This document shows, piece after piece, positions 37,734 through 45,727 of a stretch of 64,000 bases of DNA; within the stretch, counting starts at the first letter, position 1; the number at the start of each line of letters is the position of its first letter. Below the pieces are notes generated by a model. The model saw only the letters and a list, made by a program, of their open reading frames with translations. It made no database searches and had not been told where the DNA came from. Position numbers and translations under genes: made by a program. Source of the DNA: Candidatus Stercoripulliclostridium merdipullorum (GTDB taxonomy: Bacteria > Bacillota > Clostridia > Christensenellales > DTU072); the NCBI GenBank assembly GCA_018713745.1, contig DVOH01000038.1, forward strand, positions 31,938-95,937, given 5' to 3'.

Positions 37734-38780
37734 ATGGCAAACTGGATCGAAAAAGCCGAAGAACGGGTGGAGAGCACGATTCAGAAACTGAAGGACGCCC
37801 TCAACAAAAAGAACACCCCATCGGCATCCGAGACCGTCGACGCCGATCTGAAAAAGAAGGGGGAATCGCTGGTTCAGGCACTCGAAACGATGGAGCGGGA
37901 ATACGAAAAATCCTTGTTTCCGGATTTTGCGGCAGAGGTTCCGGAAAGCACGGGAATGGAGCAGATCGAGTATACGCCGCCGACGGACGAGGAACTGAAG
38001 AAGCAGGCGGAAACGGCGTTGCTGCCCGATTATACCGAAGGCGTTGCCAAAGCGGAAGAAACGTACTTGGAGACGTCGGGCGACATTGCGGCAGATCGGG
38101 CGGAAGCGACGGAAGAGGAGCGAATCCGCTATGACGATCTGTCGGCATTGCTGGACGATATGCGTTTGCAACATCAGTCCGATATGATCCGGCAGGGGTT
38201 GGTGCACTCGACGATCAACACCGAAGGGCAGGCGGCGACCGAGCGATACGGGGAGCAGGAGCGGCAGGCGATCGAAAACCGCTATAAGGCGACCTATGAC
38301 GCGCTGGATCAGAAAGCGGAAGAGGCGCGGCTGAAATACGACAACGCCATCCGCTCGTACGATCTGAAGTACGCTGCCGATCTCGAAAAGAGAATCGCCG
38401 ATCTGACGGCGGAGCGGGACAAGCAGACCGAAAAGATCAACGCATACAATCAAAAAGTAGCCGAAGCCGAGCTGAAATATCAGGAAGAGCGGCAGAAAAA
38501 ACTTGCCGAACTCGAGCAGAAAGCCTGGGAGGACTACCGCAAAAACAACGCGCAGCGGCTGGCAGAAGCCGAAGCGGGGCGGTATACGCCCGAGGAAGCC
38601 GCCGACCGCGACAAGCGGCTGGAAGAAGCGAGGTCGTTTTTCGGAGAAATGAGTGCGGAAGACGCACTGAAACTGTTTTCGGCAAACAATGCGTCGCTGT
38701 CCGACCTCTTGGGGGTTGAACGGTATCAGACGCTGTTCGGCGAACTGTTTGTCCGCGCGATTGCGGAAGGGAGGCAATGA
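37734..38780 (+). CDS. Acidic coiled-coil protein (needle, plug or internal protein candidate)
   Basis: 348 aa, very rich in Glu/Ala/Lys/Arg, with long heptad-like stretches (EKINAYNQKVAEAELKYQEERQKKLAELEQKAWEDY). It has no TM segment. Confidence 0.6.
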   Translation: MANWIEKAEERVESTIQKLKDALNKKNTPSASETVDADLKKKGESLVQALETMEREYEKSLFPDFAAEVPESTGMEQIEYTPPTDEELKKQAETALLPDYTEGVAKAEETYLETSGDIAADRAEATEEERIRYDDLSALLDDMRLQHQSDMIRQGLVHSTINTEGQAATERYGEQERQAIENRYKATYDALDQKAEEARLKYDNAIRSYDLKYAADLEKRIADLTAERDKQTEKINAYNQKVAEAELKYQEERQKKLAELEQKAWEDYRKNNAQRLAEAEAGRYTPEEAADRDKRLEEARSFFGEMSAEDALKLFSANNASLSDLLGVERYQTLFGELFVRAIAEGRQ

Positions 38781-39028
38781 GAATGAAAACGCAACTGATT
38801 CCGCTGACGGTCAAAACGCAATGTGACAACGGCAGGTGTCGCAACCGTGCCGAATATATAGTCGCACGCGAAGATACGCCCGTGTATATGCAACTGCACT
38901 TGTGCGGGGAGTGTCTCAAAACGATCGCGGCGCTGGCGAAGGAGACGCAGGCAAAATCATCGCCGCGGTCGAACAAAACAAAAAAAGGAGAGGAAAATGT
39001 GGGAGCAGATTCTGGAAGCCGCCGCTAA
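38777..39028 (+). CDS. Small Cys-rich (zinc-ribbon-like) protein
   Basis: 83 aa with C-x4-C ... C-x2-C (CDNGRC ... CGEC). It has an ATGA overlap with the upstream gene, and its 3' end overlaps the holin gene by 32 nt. Confidence 0.4.
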   Translation: MRMKTQLIPLTVKTQCDNGRCRNRAEYIVAREDTPVYMQLHLCGECLKTIAALAKETQAKSSPRSNKTKKGEENVGADSGSRR

Positions 39029-39248
39029 CAGCGGCTTGTGGGCAATGTTGTTTGTGACACTGTTTGTCATACAGCTGAAAGACAGCAAGGAGCGAGAAGG
39101 AAAGTATCAGGAAACCATCGCTTCGCTGGGCGACAAGCTGAAAGTCGTTGCCGAAATCAAGGCAACCGTCGATACCATTCGCGAAAAAATCGAAAGCGGT
39201 ACGGCGCTGAAGTCCTCGGTGACGACACAGACTGAAAAATCCGATTAA
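38997..39248 (+). CDS. BhlA/UviB-family holin-like protein
   Basis: 83 aa with a single N-terminal TM helix (LWAMLFVTLFVIQL), then KDSKEREGKYQETI and a coiled C-terminus, matching the BhlA/UviB pattern. An AAGGAGAGG RBS lies upstream. Confidence 0.65.
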   Translation: MWEQILEAAANSGLWAMLFVTLFVIQLKDSKEREGKYQETIASLGDKLKVVAEIKATVDTIREKIESGTALKSSVTTQTEKSD

Positions 39249-39255
39249 ACGGAAA

Positions 39256-39282
39256 AACGGGCGGAAATTCCGCCCGTTTTTT
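39256..39282 (+). terminator. Rho-independent terminator closing the phage-derived cluster
   Basis: CGGGCGG-aaatt-CCGCCCG followed by TTTTTT. Confidence 0.8.
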
Positions 39283-39369
39283 GCTTTCGCGCGTGTATCG
39301 TGCGCCCGTACAGACGAGGTTAAGCGACGGTTTGACGATTTTGTTGTCGAAATTTTCCGCCGAAATCGC

Positions 39370-39398
39370 TTGCATTTTTCGGATACGAGGCGTATGAT
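39370..39398 (+). promoter_or_regulatory. Promoter of the atp operon
   Basis: TTGCAT (39370-39375), a 17 nt spacer, then TATGAT (39393-39398). Confidence 0.5.
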
Positions 39399-39474
39399 AG
39401 GACACATTAACGGAGAGTATAATAGGATTCCTATTGTAGTAATCCCGTTCTCCCCAAGTGCAGGAGTTCAGACT

Positions 39475-40209
39475 ATGCCTTCGATGACAGCAGCAAATTT
39501 TATCGACAGCCTGCGGGACGCCTTCCGGGACGCCTTCGGCGGCGGTATGGGCGAGTCCGTTCAGGAGGCGCTCAATCCCGAACCCGTCAATTTGTTCGGA
39601 CTGGAAGTCAATCCTTCGCTGATTGCCGCCTTTTTCGGGACGATCGTCATTCTGCTGGCTTGCGTCGTCATTCGGTTGTTCGTCATTCCGCGCTTCCGCA
39701 ATCAGCCCAAAGGACTTCAGCTTCTCCTCGAAGGCATTGTCGGATACTTTGACAAAACCGCTTCCGCAACCCATCGCCACGCAAGTTTCGTCGGTCCTTA
39801 TATTGCGGCGGCTTCTATTTTTATCTGCATCACCACCCTCGCCGAATTGGTCGGCATCCGTCCCGCTTTTGCAAGCATCAATACCTGCCTTGCGTTCGGT
39901 TTGTCAACGTTTTTCGTCATCAATTTCTGCGGTCTGAGAGAAAAAGGTCTTTGGGGCAGAGCCAAACGCTATCTCAACAATCCCATCAATATCATCACCG
40001 ATCTTGCCGTTCCGCTTTCCCTTTCCTTCCGCCTGTTCGGCGCGATTATGAGCGGCTTTATCATTATGGAACTCGTTTACAGCGTTCTCTTTCTCAGTTT
40101 CGTCGTGCCCGCCATCGTTTCGGTCGTCACGACGCTGTTCCACGCGCTGATTCAGTCCTTCCTGTTTGCCACATTGTCCACGCTGTTTATCGGCGAGGCG
40201 ATCGAATAA
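39475..40209 (+). CDS. atpB: F0F1 ATP synthase subunit a
   Basis: The start at ATG 39475 follows an AGGAG RBS. The polytopic protein carries the conserved LSLSFRLFGAIMSG (essential Arg) region. Confidence 0.9.
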   Translation: MPSMTAANFIDSLRDAFRDAFGGGMGESVQEALNPEPVNLFGLEVNPSLIAAFFGTIVILLACVVIRLFVIPRFRNQPKGLQLLLEGIVGYFDKTASATHRHASFVGPYIAAASIFICITTLAELVGIRPAFASINTCLAFGLSTFFVINFCGLREKGLWGRAKRYLNNPINIITDLAVPLSLSFRLFGAIMSGFIIMELVYSVLFLSFVVPAIVSVVTTLFHALIQSFLFATLSTLFIGEAIE

Positions 40210-40236
40210 AAATTTGTTAATTTTGTGAGGTGTCTT

Positions 40237-40476
40237 ATGAATCTGATGTTTCTCGCTTCCGATCTCGCCGCGCTCGGCGCAGCACTTGCCATCGGTCTGA
40301 CCGGTCTCGGCGCCGCGCTTGCCATGGGATTTTCCATCAGCAAAGCCATGGAAGGGATTGCCCGTCAGCCCGAAGCCGACAACAAAATCCGTTCCACTCT
40401 GATCCTCGGTCTTGCCTTCTGCGAAACCCTTGCGATTTACGGATTGCTGGTTGCAATTCTGCTGCTGACGATGTAG
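40237..40476 (+). CDS. atpE: F0F1 ATP synthase subunit c
   Basis: A hairpin of two TM helices with a Gly-rich helix 1, the ARQPEA loop and the carboxylate in [10 protein letters not shown]. Confidence 0.93.
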   Translation: MNLMFLASDLAALGAALAIGLTGLGAALAMGFSISKAMEGIARQPEADNKIRSTLILGLAFCETLAIYGLLVAILLLTM

Positions 40477-40487
40477 GGTAGGGCGTT

Positions 40488-41159
40488 ATGGCGGTATGGA
40501 TGACGGCGGCGGAAATGCCGCTGGGGCTGAATCCGATCGAAATCCTCCTGCATATTTTCAATTTTGCGGTGCTGATTATCGGCGTTCGGTTTTTGCTGTA
40601 TAAGCCCATCAAAAAATTTATGGACAAGCGCGCGGCGGGGTATGCCGAAGCCGAAGAAGAGCGCAAAAAACTCGACGAAGCGGCAAATGCCGACCGTGAA
40701 GCGGCGCGCAAAACTTTGGAAGAGGCGGAAAGAAGCGCGGTAAAAATCGAAGAAGAAGCCAACGCCGCGGCGATGGTGGAAGCCGACGCGATCATGGAGA
40801 ATGCCCGCAAAGAAGCGCGTGAAATGATCGAAAAGGCCGAAGCCGATCTTGCCGTACGCGAAGAACGGCAGCGCATTGCGATGAGCCGCGAAGTAACCGC
40901 GCTTGCGCTGACGATGTCGACCAAGATTCTCGAACGCGAAGTCAAAGCCGAAGACAACGACGCCGTAATCGGACCTTTGATCGAGCAATTCCGCACCGTG
41001 CAGTCGACGGCGCCCGCGCGCACGAGAAAGCGCGATCCCAAAGCGGAAGTGACGGGACTTGCCGTCGAGATTGCCGAAAAGATTCTGGAGCGCGAAGTCA
41101 GACCCGAGGACAACGATTCGGCGATCGACGAGACGATTAGAGAATTCAAGAAGAAATAA
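40488..41159 (+). CDS. atpF: F0F1 ATP synthase subunit b, with a duplicated C-terminal segment
   Basis: N-terminal TM helix plus the KPIKKFMDKR motif and a long charged helix. At 223 aa it is unusually long because the C-terminal repeat of about 38 aa occurs twice. Start codon choice (40488, 40500 or 40515) is uncertain. Confidence 0.85.
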   Translation: MAVWMTAAEMPLGLNPIEILLHIFNFAVLIIGVRFLLYKPIKKFMDKRAAGYAEAEEERKKLDEAANADREAARKTLEEAERSAVKIEEEANAAAMVEADAIMENARKEAREMIEKAEADLAVREERQRIAMSREVTALALTMSTKILEREVKAEDNDAVIGPLIEQFRTVQSTAPARTRKRDPKAEVTGLAVEIAEKILEREVRPEDNDSAIDETIREFKKK

Positions 41160-41161
41160 GT

Positions 41162-42916
41162 ATGCGCGAAATTATTGTCAAGTCGGCGATTGCGCTGACA
41201 GAAGAGCAAAAAGCCAAGCTGGAAGCGGGGCTCCGTGCGGCGGACCCGCAGTCCGAACTGCGCTTCCGTTATCAGATCGACCGGATTGTCGGCGGGATCG
41301 TCGTGGTTGACGGCGAGGACGTTTACGACGCATCGATTGCGGCGGAACTCCGCAAGCTGAAAAAGAGCAGCGACCGTCTGGTGCATCACGGCAAAGACGG
41401 CAAGGGGATTGCCGTACAGGACATTCCGGCTTTGCTGAAGAGCAAGCTCGACGAAATGATCGATCACAAGCACGATTACGAGGTGTGCGGCAAGGTAATT
41501 GCGGCGGCGGACGGCGTCATTCGCATCGAAGGATTGCAGGATTGCCGTTACGGCGAATTGCTGTTGGTCGGCACGCACGGATTCGCGCTGGCGATGAACC
41601 TCGAAGAAACCGAAGTCGGCGCCATTCTGCTCAGCGAAATCGATACGGCGGAATACGGCGATTTCGTTTATACGACGGGCAAAATCGTTGAAGTTCCCGT
41701 CGGAGACGAGCTGTTGGGCAGGGTGGTCAATCCGCTGGGACAGCCGATGGACGGCGGCGACGCCATCAAAGGCGAAACGACGCGTTGCGTCGAAAGTCCC
41801 GCTCCCGCGATTATCGACCGTCAAAAAGTTTCGGAACCGTTGCAGACGGGGATTCTTGCCGTCGATGCGATGATTCCGATCGGCAAAGGTCAGCGCGAAC
41901 TGATCATCGGCGACCGTCAGACGGGCAAAACTTCTCTTGCCATCGACACCATTCTCAATCAGAAGGGGAAGGACGTTCTTTGCATTTACGTTGCCGTCGG
42001 GCAGCGCGCTTCGAGCGTCGGCAAAATCGTGCGTACGCTTAAAGCGCACGGCGCAATGGATTACACGACCATCGTTTTGTCGACTGCCGACGACTCCGCT
42101 CCTTTGCAATATCTGGCTCCCTATACCGGCGCCGCGATCGGCGAACATTGGATGGAAGAGGGAAAGGACGTTCTGATCGTCTATGACGACCTCTCCAAAC
42201 ATGCCGTGGCATATCGCGCGATTTCCCTGTTGCTTAAGCGCCCCGCGGGCAGAGAAGCATATCCGGGCGACGTCTTTTATATTCATTCCCGGCTTCTCGA
42301 GCGTGCGGCAAGGATGGCGGACGAAAAGGGCGGCGGTTCGATGACCGCGCTGCCGATCATCGAAACGCTTGCGGGCGACATCTCGGCGTATATCCCGACC
42401 AACGTGATCAGCATTACGGACGGGCAGATTTATCTCGAGAGCGAATTGTTCCATTCGGGCGTTCGTCCCGCAATCAACGTGGGACTTTCGGTCAGCCGTG
42501 TCGGCGGGCAGGCGCAGATCCCGTATATCCGCAAGATCAGCTCGGCGTTACGCCTGAAAATCGCCCATTACCGCGAGCTTGCCGTATTTTCGCAATTCGG
42601 TTCCTCTCTCGGCGACGCGACCAAGGAAATCCTGGACGACGGCGCCAAAACCGTCGAGGCGCTCAAACAGGGCGAAGGACAGCCGATGTCGGCGTTTCGC
42701 GAAGCGGTTTCGCTGTACGCGACCGTCAAAGGGCATCTTAAGAGCATTCCCGTATCCAAAGTCAATGCCTTTCTCGAAGGATTGTATCGGTATATTTCGA
42801 CGACGATGCCCGAGTTGCAGCGTTCGCTGAAAGACCGCGGAACCTTCGATCATCGCGAGGAAGCCCGCCTCGAAACCGCCGTTTCGGCATTTGCAAAACA
42901 GTTCGGGGCACAATAA
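41162..42916 (+). CDS. atpA: F0F1 ATP synthase alpha subunit carrying an N-terminal delta (OSCP) C-terminal-domain fusion
   Basis: Residues 1 to about 72 match the delta C-terminal domain pattern (LTEEQKAKL...IDRIVGGIVVVDGEDVYDASIAAELRKLKK). From about residue 88 onward the protein is canonical alpha (GDRQTGKT Walker A and onward). No separate atpH gene lies between atpF and atpA. Confidence 0.93.
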   Translation: MREIIVKSAIALTEEQKAKLEAGLRAADPQSELRFRYQIDRIVGGIVVVDGEDVYDASIAAELRKLKKSSDRLVHHGKDGKGIAVQDIPALLKSKLDEMIDHKHDYEVCGKVIAAADGVIRIEGLQDCRYGELLLVGTHGFALAMNLEETEVGAILLSEIDTAEYGDFVYTTGKIVEVPVGDELLGRVVNPLGQPMDGGDAIKGETTRCVESPAPAIIDRQKVSEPLQTGILAVDAMIPIGKGQRELIIGDRQTGKTSLAIDTILNQKGKDVLCIYVAVGQRASSVGKIVRTLKAHGAMDYTTIVLSTADDSAPLQYLAPYTGAAIGEHWMEEGKDVLIVYDDLSKHAVAYRAISLLLKRPAGREAYPGDVFYIHSRLLERAARMADEKGGGSMTALPIIETLAGDISAYIPTNVISITDGQIYLESELFHSGVRPAINVGLSVSRVGGQAQIPYIRKISSALRLKIAHYRELAVFSQFGSSLGDATKEILDDGAKTVEALKQGEGQPMSAFREAVSLYATVKGHLKSIPVSKVNAFLEGLYRYISTTMPELQRSLKDRGTFDHREEARLETAVSAFAKQFGAQ

Positions 42917-42918
42917 CG

Positions 42919-43782
42919 ATGCAGTCACTTCACGACATCAAAAAGCGGATTCAGAGCATCGGCGAAACAGGGCAGATCACCAAGGCGATGCAACTGATCA
43001 GCGTTGCCAAAATGCGGAAGGCAAACGAAAAATACGAGCTGAACGCCCGGTATTTCGATCGCGTCCGCGCGACGCTCGAAGATATTCTTGCCCATACGGG
43101 GACACTCGAGCATCCTTATCTCGTTCCGCGTAAAACCGATCGCGCCGCATACGTCGTTATCGCTTCGGACACGGGCATGGCGGGAGAATACAATCATCGC
43201 GTTCTCAATTTCGCGCTGGAAGAAGTCCGAAAAGGCAATCCCGAAAAAATCTATACCATCGGATTTATGGCGCGGGATTTTTTCGAGCGGAACGGGTTGC
43301 CGCCCGACGCGCAGTTTCTGTACAGCGCGCAGGATCCGACGTTGTCGGACGCAAGACGGATCATGATGTATCTCGTCGATCTGTTCGACAGCAAAAAAGT
43401 CGACCGCGTATATATCATTTATACCCGCCACGAAAAGACGGGCAACCGCGCCGCAAAACTCAAATTATTGCCCCTCGAAGCGAGCGACTTCGACGACATC
43501 CGACCCGTCCGGCATTCGCAGGAAACATGGGACTTCGAACCCGATCCCAAGACGGTTTTCGATCTTTTGGTTCCGCAATGCGTTCTGGGGTTGGTGTACA
43601 GCACGTTGACGCAGTCGGTTCGGTGCGAACATGCCGAACGGCAGGCGGCAATGCAGCACGCTTCGGACAATGCGTCCGAGATGCTTAACAAACTCGAACT
43701 CGAATTCCACCGCGCAAGACAAGCGGCGATTACGACCGAAATCGCAGAAATCAGTGCGGCGGGAATCAATCGGGAGGATTAG
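42919..43782 (+). CDS. atpG: F0F1 ATP synthase gamma subunit
   Basis: The N-terminus IKKRIQSIGETGQITKAMQLISVAKMRKA and the C-terminus RQAAITTEIAEI. Confidence 0.93.
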   Translation: MQSLHDIKKRIQSIGETGQITKAMQLISVAKMRKANEKYELNARYFDRVRATLEDILAHTGTLEHPYLVPRKTDRAAYVVIASDTGMAGEYNHRVLNFALEEVRKGNPEKIYTIGFMARDFFERNGLPPDAQFLYSAQDPTLSDARRIMMYLVDLFDSKKVDRVYIIYTRHEKTGNRAAKLKLLPLEASDFDDIRPVRHSQETWDFEPDPKTVFDLLVPQCVLGLVYSTLTQSVRCEHAERQAAMQHASDNASEMLNKLELEFHRARQAAITTEIAEISAAGINRED

Positions 43783-45577
<1,795 letters not shown>

Positions 45578-45588
45578 AGATTGTTCGG

Positions 45589-45611
45589 ACGCGCCTTTCG
45601 GGCGCGTTTTT
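45589..45611 (+). terminator. Rho-independent terminator of the atp operon
   Basis: ACGCGCC-tttcg-GGCGCGT followed by TTTTT. Confidence 0.8.
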
Positions 45612-45668
45612 ACATTGCGAACGGGCGGAAAAATTGTCGATTTGTCCCCTCAACGCTTCCGAAAAGGG

Positions 45669-45698
45669 TTGCGCGGTATTTAATATTTATGCTATAAT
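45669..45698 (+). promoter_or_regulatory. Promoter upstream of aconitase (extended -10)
   Basis: TTGCGC (45669-45674), an 18 nt spacer, then TGcTATAAT (-10 hexamer at 45693-45698). Confidence 0.45.
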
Positions 45699-45727
45699 AC
45701 TGTCAACAACTTTCGGGAGTTTTCAGA

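Larger units (their letters stand above)
28615..39282 (+). mobile_element. Phage-derived capsid/packaging gene cluster (defective prophage, GTA-like or satellite-like) with no integrase
   Basis: A contiguous block bounded by a promoter and a terminator. It contains a regulator, TerS candidates, TerL, portal, scaffold, MCP, three post-capsid ORFs and a holin. Core genes flank it on both sides (nifU, atpB). Confidence 0.6.

Noticed and set aside
38980-38986. An A7 run (acaaaaaaagg) that might promote a frameshift fusing the Zn-ribbon ORF to the holin frame.
   Set aside because: The holin frame is +1 relative to the Zn-ribbon ORF, whereas A-run slippage normally gives -1. The -1 frame runs only about 23 more codons, to the stop ending at 39057 (the frame of track ORF 38836..39057), and gives no recognisable product. 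The holin has its own good RBS and ATG. No supporting structure was seen.
40237-40476. A possible Na+-binding signature in the c subunit (E-T ... Y in [10 protein letters not shown]).
   Set aside because: I aligned it by eye to the Ilyobacter-type Na+ motif. The helix-1 Gln equivalent is Met here, and the position after E-T is Leu rather than Thr. The full Na+ signature is therefore absent, and an H+-coupled enzyme is more likely.
40337-42454. A 705 aa minus-strand ORF spanning atpE, atpF and atpA.
   Set aside because: The sense genes are canonical ATP synthase subunits, and the antisense translation has no recognisable features.
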